A DNA stretch of 64,000 nucleotides, taken from positions 2,220,073 through 2,284,072 of the forward strand of contig MU061633.1 in NCBI GenBank assembly GCA_013265495.1. Direction: 5' to 3'. Below, piece after piece: positions 22,394 to 35,958 of this stretch. The translations under genes and the position numbers were made by a program. The notes below the pieces were generated by a model that saw nothing but the letters and a program-made list of their open reading frames with translations, did not search any database and was not told the DNA's origin. Source of the stretch: Vicugna vicugna. Its lineage: Eukaryota. How positions within the stretch are numbered: the stretch's first letter is position 1; each line of letters starts with the position of its first letter.

Positions 22394-24274
22394 ATAATCT
22401 TACAATGGAGACAGAGGAGAAAGCAGGTTATTGTAAATTAGTGGAACTGATAGGCATTAAGCATAATAGTGGGAGCTTTCAATGTGAAAGCTCAGCTTCT
22501 GAGAGGGTTCTATAACTGAATTTGAAGGATAAGCAGGAGGTAGCAAGGCAAAATCATGTGCCAAATGTGGTCCTTAAAAGCTTTGACCAAGACCGTCACC
22601 CAAACTGACTCCCTTACTTCTTAGTCCTACCTGACAGGGAGACAGGCTTCTGTTAGGAAAAGTTAGGAACTTGACTTCTGAGTGTTGTTAGGGTGCAGCA
22701 CAACAAATCAAGATGTGATGAGGCGAAGGGTGAAGTTCACTTCTTCCTAGGCTGTCATCCAAACACTCTGTTCATGCTAATACTCTTCCAGCAGGACCCA
22801 AGAAGGGCGTACCACAAATGCATAGGTTGGTATCAGCATGTGTTGGGAACAGCTCCAAGCTCAGCTTTCAGCAGTTTGTAAAGATGTGCACAAGCACAAA
22901 GCAAAAGATACAGATTGGCCTGACCCTGGAAGAGGGAACAAGCACGCTGTTCTTGTAGGGTGTTGCCATTTGGTTTTGCTTAGGGGTCTTTCAGGCATTT
23001 GCATGGATTGAGAGCATCTGATGATTCAAAAGGCAGGAATCAGCGTGAGTATCTTTTTAAAACCCCAGATATTCTATGGATAAAGTTATGACACTTTAAA
23101 AATGAGAGCAAGAAGTAGAGATTAACTTCAATCTTCGATGCTGCTGACTGGGAAAAAGGCATTGATTCATCCGTGAGATTGCTAATAGCAGGTGTCTTGT
23201 GTGACTTATGCCAACAAAGTTGTTCGGGCCCTAATCCTTTTCCATCTGTTCCATAACAGGGAGAGGAAACAGGAAAGGTTGTGAATAATTCTAGAACTTC
23301 AAGATCCTTTTCACCCTGGAATGTGGAAGCCCCACTTTCCCCTCACTGACATGGTGATTTCTTGAAGATGGTGGGGCTTTCTCCTCAGATACGGACTCTA
23401 TCTCATCTGCTGTCATCTATGCTGGTGAAACTCCCCAGACGTGAAGGGATCAGCGAGGTGCTGAGCATTTCTCTCAGTAGGGACATGATGGAAACATCCT
23501 TCTGTTCCTCCTTTCCTCTGCTTACATGGAGCTGTGCCCAGGCTTTCTCCTGAAAGCTATCCTGGGCAGAAGTTTTGGGAAGATCAGAGCTTGAGGACTA
23601 GAGCAGAGGGAACAGTAAGTTTAGCCCATTCACTCAATAGGCATTTTTCCGAGTGCATATTATCTGCCAGGCAGGGTGCTTTTTGATGAGTCTGAACTTC
23701 TAAGCATATTCTGGAACTTGGTAAGGGACCATGAGTTAAAAGTCCATTTAATAAAACGTATTTTGACTGCTTACGTGCCCACCATTAGCTGAGAAGCAGC
23801 TCTAGAAGATTAGGTCTTCTTGGTAAGACTGGCAAAGGTCGCAGGAAGAACACCAAACCCAAGTCCACAGCAGAGGTCGGAACGTCCTCTGCCTTTGACC
23901 TGACCGTGGTTGTAAACTGGCTATGGGTCCTTAGGTGGGCTGTTTAACTTCTCTGACTATTGGTTTCTTCACCTGAGGAAAGGAGGTAATGATAACCTGT
24001 ATTTCCAACTCTACAAGGTTGCTATAGGTATCACATTAGGATAATTAGGAAGTATGATGTAAAAGTTAGTTTTTATTTTCTTATTAGTATAGAAAAAACA
24101 TACAAAATACATGAAGACATATATATTCTAAGTGGTACTTGATTCTTTAGCTGGTTACTATGGTTACTATGAACTGAGCTCCTGGGGTAATTCTTGATCT
24201 GATCCTTGAAGAGGTAGTAGACTTGCAGCAGATAAAGGTAAAAGATTAAAGTAGTTCAAATGAGAGAAAGTATG

Positions 24275-24721
24275 TACGTTAGTTTCCTAAGGCTGCATTT
24301 TAAAAATGTACCACAAAATGGATGCTTAAAGCAACGGTGATGTATTTGCTCACATTTCAGAAGGCTCCAAGTCCAAAACCAAGGTATCAGCCAAACCAAG
24401 TTTGCTCAAAGTTTCAGAGGAGAATCCTTCCTTGACTCTTTCTGGCTTCTGGCAATCCTTGATGATCCTTGGCTTGTAGACGAATCACTCCAACCTCTGC
24501 CTCCATCATCATATGGTGTTTCCCTGTGTGTCTATGCTCAAATTTCCCTCACCTTATAAGAGCACTAGTTATTGCATGAGGGACCACCCTAACCCAGTAT
24601 GATCTTATCTTAACTTGTTTACATCGGCAAAGACCCTATTTCCAAATAAGGTCATAGTCATAGGTTTCAGGGGTTAAGATTTGAACATACTTTTGTGGGG
24701 AGACATAATTCAACTTGCAAC
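24275..24721 (-). mobile_element. MLT1 (MaLR) solo LTR, MLT1B/C-like
   Basis: ttagtttcctaaggctgc, gcaaagaccctatttccaaataaggtca, ggggagacataattcaac. Confidence 0.85.
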
Positions 24722-24989
24722 ACTATGTGAACAGAATTCAAAAAGAGGGAGACACAAGATGTCTTTAGAGGAGCATGAATAAATTATAAACATAGTAGAA
24801 AATGTGGCTGACGCAAAAAGCAACGATGCCAGAGTTGAATTGCAATCAACAAACACATACCACGCTAGGAGCTGGGAGCACCAAGATGAATAAGACCACA
24901 TCTTACAATTAGAGACATGGCATGGAACACCCTCCTGTACAGAGACAACTATACTACAGATGATCAGTGCTCTCATGGATTGTGACACA

Positions 24990-25046
24990 TGAGACAGACA
25001 GACAGAGACAGACAGACAGACATGTATACATACACACACACACACA
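24990..25046. repeat. (GACA)n plus (CA)n microsatellite
   Basis: gagacagacagacagagacagacagacaga...tacacacacacacaca. Confidence 0.85.
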
Positions 25047-25056
25047 AACTCTGGGA

Positions 25057-25530
25057 ACACAGATTATTCCTCTCCTCTCTTACTCATCATTGAATGTCGA
25101 GAACCTAGTTTCTGATATACAGTGGGCACTAAATACTGCTGAACAGATGAATGAACATCCGCTTTTATAGGTGAAGAAACCAGTTGAGAGAGTAACTTGT
25201 TGAAGGAAGCAGATGATGACAGTGGAGCTGGCATAAACCCCAGCTTATTTGGCTCCAGAGTCAATGTTCCATTGACTGCTTCTTTACCTCTTTACACAGA
25301 TTATTCCTCTCCTCTCTTACTCATCATTGAATGTCGAGAACCTAGTTTCTGATATACAGTGGGCACTAAATACTGCTGAACAGATGAATGAACATCCGCT
25401 TTTATAGGTGAAGAAACCAGTTGAGAGAGTAACTTGTTGAAGGAAGCAGATGATGACAGTGGAGCTGGCATAAACCCCAGCTTATTTGGCTCCAGAGTCA
25501 ATGTTCCATTGACTGCTTCTTTACCTCTTT
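25057..25530. repeat. Perfect tandem duplication, 2 x 237 bp (25057-25293, 25294-25530), containing an L2 3' end and a MIR fragment
   Basis: No mismatch seen between copies; the ORF track gives identical 66-aa ORFs offset by 237 bp. Confidence 0.97.
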
Positions 25531-26439
25531 CAATATCTTTTTAACTCAATGGTCTGGCCATTGTTGTCTACTTTGCACTGTACATTGAGATCAGTTAACA
25601 CGTGGCATCTTGACTTCCTGACACGACAAGGCAAGGTTGTCCATCAGGCAGGCCCCTTCACAGAGCAGTGGCCTTGATCTGGCTCCACTCCCTCAAATGA
25701 CATGCTCACTTTCTCCCACAGATGTTAGGCAGAGCCTAGAGGACACAGTGACATTTGGCATCTGCAAAAGGCCATTGTAATTCCTCTGTCACAGGCATTG
25801 TCTTTCATCCTTTTTAATATCCATTCAAAATTGTGCCATATCCTGACCCTGTGCCACTGGAGATAAACAGTGTTCAGCAAGATAGGTCTGCCCCTAGGTA
25901 TTCATTATTGAGTTGAGAGATAAAATGGAATTCAGGTTCATTAGGTAATAAAATCTCAGGATCCCAAAGAAACTTAAAAGTTCATCTGCTTTTACCTGTT
26001 TCAAGCAGTGCTTGAAGCACCACAACACTGTTACCCCTGAACACACACACATGCGCACACCAGTACACGTGTGATTATCTGCAAGGCTCTTCCAAGTACT
26101 TAGCCCACAGACGTAACCACACACAAAATCTTGGCCTTTGCCTTTTGAAGACAAGGATAGAATTCTTCTTGACCTAAAAAGAGTAGTTTTTATACGGAAG
26201 GAAATTTAATATTAAAAAAATGGATGGTAGGCAGATTTACCCAGATTTAGCAGAAGCAGCCAGAAAAGTCACAGGTAAACAAGCAAGAAAGCAAGCAAAC
26301 AAAAATAGAGCATGTTCGATGTAGATGGTAAAACAGACAAATTAAGAAGAAAGAAATGGTCATTAGTTCCAAAGACTAAAGAGGCATCAAGCAAGATTAA
26401 AAAGAAAAGGAGAAGGAAGAAGTTAGAGTTGATAAACAC

Positions 26440-27378
26440 TAATCCAAACCCGCTCCTTCCTGGTCTACCCTGCCTTAGTTAATGGTGACTTAATACCAAG
26501 CTCATGCCACAAATCAGGAAATCATCTGTGATTTCTCTATTTTACTTACACCTGTCATGCAATCAACTAGAAGTCTTTCTCTAACTTCAAAGAACAATAT
26601 ACTCATCATCCAAACACCTCTTACCACCCTCACTGCCTCAGTCCTGACCAGGCTCCCCATCATCTCTCTCCTGGACCACTGTAGGCATCCCCCTTGGTCT
26701 CTAGGTTTCCATTCTGACTCGACTACTGTTCTTTATACTGCATCCAAATCAGTCCTGGAGAAGGTAAATATTACTATATTACATCTTTTCCCAAAACTCC
26801 CAATAGCTTTCCAGCACAATTGGAATCAGTTTCATTATTCTTACTATGTATGTATGTATATGTATATATATACATACATATATATATATATGTCTGTCTG
26901 TCTACGGACAGGACTCCATAATATACTCTGGCCCTGGGGTTCCCTCCATTCTCCTTTCCCTCTCTGAACCACCCACCATGGCCTCCCCCACCAAACACTC
27001 CCCTCACCTTCCTGCATCGGGACTTTTGGACTTGTGTTTTCCATGCTAAATTGCCTTTCTCCCACACATCCAAATGGTTCACTCCCACACTTTGTTCAGA
27101 TACTACTCAACTGTCATCACAGACCTTTCCTAAGCACTGACAAAATAAAAATAAAAGAGAATCTCCCCTCTCCCCATCATCTTCTGTCCCCTTATTTTGC
27201 TTTCTCTTTCTTCATAGCACTCATCATTACCTGCACACACATATTTTTACATAATCTCACACAATTAGGATATCAGCTGATGAGGACAGGAGTGTTATCT
27301 GTTTTGTTCACTTGTCAAACTCCACGGCCAAGGACACGCTTGGTAATCATTAACACAGAGCAATTGCTTAGTGAATGA
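26440..27378 (+). mobile_element. L2 3' region with internal (TA)n microsatellite at about 26845-26895
   Basis: ccaggctccccatcatctctctcctggaccactgtagg, cttcctgcatcgggacttttg, gatatcagctgatgaggacagg...ttagtgaatga. Confidence 0.8.
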
Positions 27379-27489
27379 AGACTGCGTTTAGGATTCAGTA
27401 TGCAGTTCTTGACCGTTTACCTTCAGTCTTAGTTTAGCTTTTCTCTTTTGATGGAAAGGTCCCCAGCAGTTACAGATCTGTAGCCTTCC

Positions 27490-27750
27490 TTTTCAGGAAG
27501 CTCTTTTTCCAGGATGTCTTCTTTTTCCCCAATTTGTTCCAGTAGAAGGCTCATGTTTGAGTACCATTGGACTGATGGGGCATTTGCCTAGTCCTGAAAC
27601 AATCTCTGTAGTCAAAAGATGAAATAAACTGATTGGCTAGGTCAGATCCTGCTTCCACCACTGGAGTTGGGACCGGCCAGTCCCCAGGCTACATGGGGAG
27701 TGCTGTGACCCCCTAAGAGAAAACTGAGATGCTGCTTCCGAGGGGAGATC
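27490..27750 (-). mobile_element. Old MLT1 (MaLR) LTR fragment
   Basis: ctgattggctaggtcagatcctgc...gagaaaactgagatgctgcttcc. Confidence 0.5.
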
Positions 27751-28834
27751 CAGGTTTTATGACATCTAAAAACGTAACTTAAGAAAATGATTATAAAACT
27801 GGAAATGGAATATTAATTGTAGGGCACTAGAAATGGCCTGTGTATGTAACAGGCTCTGAAACTTAAAATTGTAGTGTCATGGCAAATCTATTTTCAGAAA
27901 AGAAAAAATAAGAAGAAAACAGATGTCCTCACGAGGAGACTGCAAATGAGGAGAAGACATAGGCGAGCCTCAGAGGAGCACGCGGGAGGGACTTGATTAG
28001 AGACGTGAAGGACGACTGTCAATTAGACCTGACAAAGCCTCCTTCTCTTCAGCTGAACACATTTCCTGCTCAATGCAGGAATTTTCAGGGCGATTTTCAG
28101 GCAGGAAAAGAGGAATGTGGAATTTGGTCTTAAGCTTTCTGTTCTTACCATTGTCTGCAGCTTGCTCTGAAGAGACTTGTGGAAAGAACAGCTGTGTGTC
28201 CCTAGTACAGCTAATCCTTTTGGGGAAAAAAAGTTACATAACATAAATGTGTTTAGCTCAATCCCCTCCTCCCCCATAATTTAAAACATCCCACAGAATG
28301 CCAAGGTTGGGGTGGGGTGTGAATATTAATGATGAGTCCTGCACGATACATCCAGCTTCTCAACACAAGGGCACTTCCTGTGCTGTGGACACTTCTCCTG
28401 CTCCCCGGGGAACTGGTGAGGCTGACCATGTCCGTAACAACACACAGGGACTCAGCACTCAGTCTGAGCGGTTTTGTCCTGGTTGGATCATAAAGTGTTG
28501 CATTAATGCACTTGTGTCAAAGTCAGTGAACTTCACCCCACGGAGGTCGGTGAGGCTGCAAGGGTACTCTTCATAGGGAGCTGGGGGCGGAGGCAAGGAG
28601 AGGAACACGCGTGGCCAAGGATGAAGGTCGTCCTATGGATGTGCCCCTGCCGCGATGCCTGAATACAAGCATCTTCTCCATCCGCAGTGTTTTTTCTGAG
28701 CTCCCTCAGATTATGGACATTAGTGTTACACACTCACGAAACAATAGAGCTCTGAGGTCATCTGGGTCAACCTCCTTGTGTAGTCAAGAACAATCTGAGA
28801 TGTCATAATGGTGACCCCACATATGAAGGGTCTA

Positions 28835-29035
28835 CTCTATACTAGGCAGCATGCTCTGTGCTTTCCATGAAGTATTTCTAATCCTCAAAACAACCCTCCT
28901 CCTAAGTAGGTATTATGACCCCACTTTACAGCAAGCAAATGAACAAACAAAACCTACGCCCGGAAAGCACGAGGACAGTAATTAACAGGACCAGAATTAA
29001 GCCCTCACCTGTCTAACCCCAAAGCTCATGACTTC
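28835..29035 (-). mobile_element. MIR SINE fragment
   Basis: ctaatcctcaaaacaaccct...gtaggtattatgaccccactttacag. Confidence 0.7.
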
Positions 29036-30419
29036 CATGACTTTAATAGATATGAATATTTTTACTATTATGATAATCCTCATTGTTTATGATGAGTGCA
29101 CTCCACTATGTGCCAGATACTGTGTTAAATGCAGTGTGTATGTGGTGTGTGTATGTATTTACACATGACAAAGCTGTTACTTTGAAACCTTTGTTAACTT
29201 ATCCAAGGTCACTGATCCATATGTGATATTTGAACCTGTGTCTTCCTCATTCTAATGATTAGAAATTAAATGCTTTGCTTAGCCTCACTCATGGGTGACA
29301 CTAAGGCTCAGAGTGTTCCTGAGGACTTGGCGATTTGGACAGCTGGCCTTTTCATGGCCAGCAGCCTGGTAGCCAGCGCTATGGAGATTTATGACAGGGG
29401 AGCTTAACGGAGAATACCTCCCCAGAGGACAATTTCACACTCGCCTGATGATTCTGAAATAGTTGACTCTGAACTGGACCAGTGGGCCCCTAAACCAGGC
29501 CATGCCACAGCTACATAATACGAGCTGTGCTTACTCCGTGGTGTTCAAGTAACCACAGCCTTTGGGTGGATGTGTAGCAGATCCCACGAGCTGGCTTCTG
29601 TTCCACTCTCTTGATTGTTAGCTCTTCTGTGGTGGCCAAAGAACAGACTGCCTCAGCATTTAGATTTGAAAGTGCACATTAGAGTCCCACGCGTGCTGGC
29701 TGAGGACGCATGGCTCTGTTTGGTGCTTCATCCTCATCCAGCTCAAGGATGAGCAGCTCGTCGAAGGGGATGGAGGGCCCCTTGGACGTCCTGGGACAGG
29801 GAGCTGACCCACGAAACCCGAGAGAAACGTGACATGGTTTGAAGTATAGAACCTTGCCCAGTGCTCTTTCAGTAACCTCCCTCAAAAGAGCTGGTTTGAG
29901 ATAAAAATGGCATCCCACTAGAGAAACCCTCATGTTGGTCTGGTGAGGGCAAAAGTCCAGGCATTCCAGAAGTTTGTGGAAGAAAAACTAGATTTTCAGT
30001 TACTTGAGGCTTGGGTTTCCATTCTCATTTCAAAAGAGTCCAAGATGAAAGAACCCTACCAGCTAATTTTAGAGCAACTGGTTTTATCCCCTGATTGACT
30101 CAAACAAGGAAGACGAAAAGGAACTGAAAAAGAAAAATGGAGATCTTTACTTTAAAACCAACTAGTCCTACGAAGCTGGTACTTGCTATGCCTTTATTTT
30201 TTGGCATTCAAGGTAAAACACTCTATGACTGGTACTACAGAGTAATTTTGCTAACTCATATGATAACAAAGACCTCCCAGATATGCCTGGGATAACTGAT
30301 TAACTAACTGGGATATGATGTGATAATCCCTCCGTATCTTTAGAACTCTGTTTTCTCTTCTCTAAAATTAGGAGATGGAATCAGAGAAAGTCAGGAGGAA
30401 AAGGAGCTTCAAAATCATC

Positions 30420-30535
30420 TCATCCCTAATCCTTAAGAAGCAGACATATCTGAAGGTGACAGGATTTTTACCAGGTCACACAGCTAGTTCGTGGCAGAGA
30501 CAGGACTAAAGCTTTGGTGTTCTGAACAGAATTCA
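30420..30535 (-). mobile_element. MIR SINE fragment
   Basis: aggtcacacagctagttcgtggcagagacaggacta. Confidence 0.75.
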
Positions 30536-31249
30536 TTACATTTGCTTTTCTTTTTTTTTTTTCCTTGAAAACAAAGAGTTTCCATTTGTCTTTTTAAAAT
30601 TCCATGCATTATCAGAAGAATATATTGAATGAAGTCACTACTGTAGAAGATTTGAAAAATCTGGATTTGTGAAGCACTTTGCAGATGGAAGCAGTATTTG
30701 CCACAAGCCACAAGATTAGGAGGGTGGTACCAGCTCTTCAGCATTTGGGAGGGCTGGCTCTGGTAAGCCTGACCACTGCCTCTGGAGAAACCAGGACCGT
30801 AAGCCTCAGGCAGCCTGAGAGAGAAAGAGCTACCAGAAACATGCCCCCGAATGCCCTCCAACCTGACACCGCGGTGCTGGGGATGGAGAGAAACACGGTC
30901 CTACTAAAGCCCCCCTGTCTTGACTGCTTTGGCTATGAGCTTCCATTACCCTCTATCTCTCTAGGGCTCAGCATCCAGGACCTCTGGAGAGGACAGAGGA
31001 AAAGATGTTTCTAAAGGATTAGAGGATGTGGGAATTGAGAACCTAAGAAGGGGGAATATTTCTTCATTTGTTTTTCCCCACCTTCCCTTATAAGATGGAA
31101 ATGTCATCAGCTAACTCCCCATAAAAGCAGCCCCTCAGTTCCTCCCTCAACGCACATGCATTGCCCTGATTCCTCCAGGTTTACCTTCTGCCTTTTCTGC
31201 CCCATCATGTTCCCCTCCCCCACTCCTAACCCACTGAACTTTATTCTGA

Positions 31250-31630
31250 AACAGCCCTACTGTACCTCACTTAAAACTCTGGCGGGGGGGGGCGGTCTTG
31301 CTCCTCTGCCTGGAACTTTCACCTTCTTCCTCTCCCCCAGCACCACCACCATCATGCAACCACTGATACACATTCCTTTTACAAAAAGACCTTCACTTGT
31401 ATGGGGTCAGGGTCCCTCCTCTGAGACCCAGGGCACACCTGTCCTTACCTCTGGCAGAACCTATTACACTGTTGCTATTAATGATTTTACTTATGTTCTC
31501 CTCAGGGTACCATAAACTCCCTGATCTCAGGCTGCCATGTGTGTTTTGTTCAACATTTTGTTCTCAGACCTTAACACTGTTCTTGGCGTAATACAGGCCC
31601 TTGTTAGATATTTAGTGTATAAACAGACAA
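31250..31630 (+). mobile_element. L2 3' fragment
   Basis: gctcctctgcctggaactttcacc...ataaactccctgatctcaggc...aacactgttcttggcgtaatacaggccc. Confidence 0.6.
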
Positions 31631-33044
31631 CAGCTAACATTTGTTGAATGCTTGTTATTGGACTATCACTGTTTTCAAGGCTTTAAGGACATTTTCAACT
31701 CTTTCAACAGTCTTTGAAGAAAATGCCCTTATTTCTATTTAATAGAGGAGAAAACTTAGGCTAGGGGCCTTAAAAAACTTTCTTAAAACTACACGATTAG
31801 TAGGGGAGAGGAGAATGGAAAGTGTGATGTTTGCCTTGAAAAGCCCTATCCTTACTCTCTTTATTGGCTGATTTCTCTCATAAACTCTGACTTCCCTGGG
31901 ATTTGGTACCAAGGAAAGGTTGCACTGGAGAAGGGTCCCTTTCAGGACTAACAGGCTGTCTTTATAACAACCTGAAGTTTGGGCATGGGGTGTGGAGGGG
32001 GTAGAAACAGGTGCTTCTTAGGCATTTCCTACTTGACAGACATGTGCCTCCTGTCTCTGCCCCAGGCCCTCACTTCAGTGAAGAGCTCCCCTCGTTCCAG
32101 TTCTGATGATTTCTGTAAAGAACAAAACGTTATAAAGGCAGGCCCAGAATATTCTTTGTTTAGGACTTCCCGGTAGTGGACAAACTCTGTCTCATTCATA
32201 AGAACTCACCCCCAAAGAAAACCCAATTGGTTTTATGGTATTAGAGCAGAGATTTGGGTCAAACAGGTGTCAGACTTGTTTATAAAAGAGAAAATCAGAT
32301 TAATTGGGCCTCTGTAGACTTTGGTTTCATCCTTTGAGGAATTGCTGAAATCCTTCCTTTCTATCTAACCACTTCTTTTCCATTCACCTGGATGGGACTT
32401 TGATGGTAAAGGTGAGACTTTGTACAGGATTAGAAACACCAGCTCTAAAGGGAATCGAAGCAATCATCCCTCAAAAACACACTAGCCCAAAAGAAGTAGA
32501 CTCCATGAAAGTCAGACAAATCTGGTTGGATGGCGGTGGTAACTTTTAGTGTTATTATCTCCCCCAGCATGCTTTCCCACCCTCAGTGTCCTGGTTCCAC
32601 AAACACTGGGGGAATGAGCTAACTCTTTTTGTACTTCAAGGCCAGGAATCCATCAATTACTGGGTGCCACCAAAACCATAAATACACAAGAGCTCATTTA
32701 TTCAGTATGTATTTATGAATACCAATTTCCTGCAAATGGTGTCAGCCAGTTGGGATGATGGTGAATTTAAATTTGGGGGGACTGATGCCCAATCACAAAC
32801 ATAATTACAAATCTACATCCAAGGATGAGTTTCTACAATCAAGCCTTGGATTCCGATTTTGTGATTTACATTGCTCCTTTTAATTAATCTCCGTGGTGTG
32901 TAGGTGTGCCAGTCTGAATTAAATCAGACACCAGGGTATAAATACTTTTTTCAGCATTAATATCATTCTTCAGTGTTAAGATAGTTGATACTTTAACAAA
33001 TATTTTTATAAGAAATACTTTTCTAGGTGGCAGACCTACCCAAA

Positions 33045-33155
33045 GATAGAAGAGCCTGCCTTGAGAAGTAGTGAGTTTCTAGTCACTGGAAGTGTTCAAG
33101 CAGAGCCTGGGTGACCGTGCGGTTGGATGTTGTGCTGGGACTTCCAGCATTAGCC
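33045..33155. mobile_element. L3/CR1-type fragment
   Basis: gtagtgagtttctagtcactggaagtgttcaagcagagcctgggtgacc. Confidence 0.6.
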
Positions 33156-33202
33156 ACTCCTTTAGACCACAATCATGAAGCAATCAAGAACTAACAGAAT
33201 CT

Positions 33203-33750
33203 GTGTTACATCCCTTAGGCTTTCATTTAGCTGCAAGCAACACAATGCCTAATAGCAACTCAGAGAAGCCAAGGACGATCTGTTCACTATTTCAAGAAGT
33301 CCAAAGTCAGGCAGTTGAGGTGGATAAACCGCGTCATCAATGCTGTCACGGCCTTGGGAAGCTTCTATTTTTTGACTCCGTGATTATTAGTAAATAGGCC
33401 TTATCCTCATGCTCATAATAATGATAAAGTAAATGATGATGATGGTGATAGTATCAACACTTTGTAATACTAACCACGTGCCAGGACTATACTAACTGCT
33501 TCCACATACTTACTCATAGCTCTAAGAGCAGTACCACAGAACTGGCATGTATGTTCCAGGAAACACAAAGGAGTATATGTGTATGAAGGAAGAGGAACTG
33601 AAGAGGCAAAATAAATATTTTATCAGTATTATACAAAGATGTTCAGAAGCCCACCCCAAAAATGTCTATTTTATTTCTATTGGACAAAAGTCTCACATGA
33701 CCATCCTTAGTTGGAAGGAGGTCAAGGGAAAAGAGATTCTGAATGGAGGT
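33203..33750 (-). mobile_element. Old MLT1 LTR in two pieces (about 33203-33390 and 33550-33750)
   Basis: taggctttcatttagctgcaagcaac; cattggacaaaagtctcacatgaccatccttagttggaagg. Confidence 0.55.
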
Positions 33751-34664
33751 TGGGTCCATGAATGAACTGGTTCTTCCACATGAGGAAGCCTTTTCACATC
33801 CATAACGCCAACTGATCCTTTCAACAACCCTATACACTAGATACCAAAGGAAACTGAAGAACACAGAGTTTTAAGTAACTAGTCATTTAGGTATTAATTT
33901 CCAAAGCTGAGATGCGACTCCACCTACACACACTGACCTCAGAAGCTGCGTCTGTGCTTGTCGCTACTACACAAGGCTGCCTCCCTAGATTGGTTTCAAC
34001 GTCCCTCCCTCCCTGAAATTTGATAACTGAGATGTGCTAGTCACCTTGAAATAGAAGACAGGCTAGAATTACACAGTGGCAGGCCCAGAGTCAGTTCTTT
34101 TCCTATAATGGCTTTCCATGAATTTGCTGGATCCACTAAAGGTCTAATAAGGTGAATGCTCAATGCCACTTAACCAGGCACAAGTCCAGGCTGGCACCAG
34201 AATTAAGAGCACGGCTCCTGCCACCGCTGAGTGAGGCACAGATTCTCTAGAGGACAGGTCATTCTCTGGAAATAGGTTAGATCTTTTCAGCCGTGCACTG
34301 AGTACATCAGTTCACAAGAGTATCACTCGTGCAGCCGCAGGTTAATGCCACCCGAAGCAGTTCATTGACCTGATGGGGATGCTCTTTCCTGGGCTGTTTC
34401 ACCTGACCTCCCATGAGTGGCATAAGCACTCGGAAAATCCTGATCACTAAGACAGAGGCATTTCCCTTTTGGCAGAGGCAGGGATACCAGCTGGGCTATT
34501 CCCGCAGGACTTGCAGGCTAAAAGGCTAAAGGAGACTTTGATGACTCTCTGCCTGAAATATCTGCTGTCGCCCTACACCACTTCTCCCCATGGGGAGGCA
34601 GCATAGCACAGACAGAAAGTGGGGGCTGACCTGGATTTGAATTCCTGTCCCCCAACCCCACGCC

Positions 34665-34805
34665 CCAGCTGTGCTACTTAAACTCTCTAAACCCATGTGG
34701 TTATTTTGAGAGTTAAATAAGGTACTCTCTTGAAAGCGCTCAGCAAGGTGGTCAGCTGGCGTAAAGTGAAGAATCAATAAACGTGGGCTGTAGTTCATTA
34801 TGATT
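34665..34805 (+). mobile_element. MIR SINE fragment
   Basis: ttattttgagagttaaataagg...tgaaagcgctcagcaaggtg. Confidence 0.6.
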
Positions 34806-35254
34806 ACTCTTGCCACTTCTGTTGTTGTTGGTTCTATTATTTTTCAGAGTAGGTCCCAAGTTTCTCACCATCTGGGGGACAAAACCCTGAAAAGGTCCCC
34901 ATGTATTTCCAAGGTGAACTTGAGGTCCACAGACGTGGGTTAGAGTCAAGGCATCTAAGTCAGTACTTCAGTAACTGAAAATTAAACCTGGAAGTCTGTT
35001 TGTGGACCTCAGAGTAGGCTGCTGGACCTGTGAATACTTGTCTGGAATCTAAAAGATTTTTAAAAATTATCTTCTACCAGAATAACCCAGCAGGAGGAGG
35101 ACAGCCCGGGACCAGTGGTAGGCTCTCACAAATCAACCCCCGGGGCTGGTCTGTTTCTTCCTTAGAAAAAGCTATAGCCATTGCCCCCACTGAGATGAGT
35201 AACAATATCAACCACTAGCATTTTTAAACACTTAGACACTTAGTCAATGCTCTG

Positions 35255-35440
35255 CTGACATTCTATGCCTACATATTTCAGCACATGCAAAACTCAGAGT
35301 TCCTTAATGTAGGCTCTATTATCCTCCCTCTGATAAAATTACAGAGACAGAAACAGACAGACATTGAACAACTGGTCCAAGGGTACAAAGCCTGTAAGGG
35401 GCAAAGTCAGCCTCTGGATTCAGCCAGGGGTGCTATAAAA
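35255..35440 (-). mobile_element. MIR SINE fragment
   Basis: tattatcctccctctgataaaattacagagacag...gtccaagggtacaaagcctgtaaggggcaaagtcag. Confidence 0.6.
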
Positions 35441-35827
35441 AGTAGCCCGTCTCTCTGCTTTATTGCCCTGTGAAGGGAGGAGGAGAGGCAGACGTACAGG
35501 AGCTTCCCCTCCTCATCACTCTCCCTACTCACTTAGCTCCAGTCACACTGGCCTCCCATCGTTTCCTAGGACACATCAAGCTTATTCCCACCACTGGGTC
35601 TTTGCATATCCTGTTTTCTCTGCCCTAGACTGAATCCACTCTCCCTCAGAGGAGAGAGTGACTTCTGAGAGGATATCATTTGTCATAAAATCCAAATATT
35701 AAAATATAACGAAAACAAATAAAAATTCTTGTGTAATGTGCTTGTTTTTAAATTGGAGTAAATTTCCAGTTCTCAACCCCCCACCCCCATCTCCCAAAGG
35801 AAAATAAAAAATCCATAAGCATCCTTT

Positions 35828-35958
35828 AGGTTATCCAATCATCTCAGTTTGCCCAGGACAGTTACAGGGTATGCCTGTATTCCTGTGTAATTACTAACAG
35901 CACCCTCTTTCACTCTCAGATAAGTCTCAGTTTAGAAAATAAATTATATAATCACCCT
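35828..35958 (-). mobile_element. MER94 (hAT-Blackjack)
   Basis: cagtttgcccaggacagt...taattactaacagcaccctctttcactctc...aaattatataatcaccct. Confidence 0.8.

Noticed and set aside
26557-26967. 136-aa ORF
   Set aside because: Runs through an L2 remnant and a (TA)n microsatellite
29679-29933. 84-aa minus-strand ORF with acidic stretch (DELLILELDEDEAP) as a processed pseudogene
   Set aside because: No recognised protein, poly(A) or TSD; explained by local GC/CpG richness
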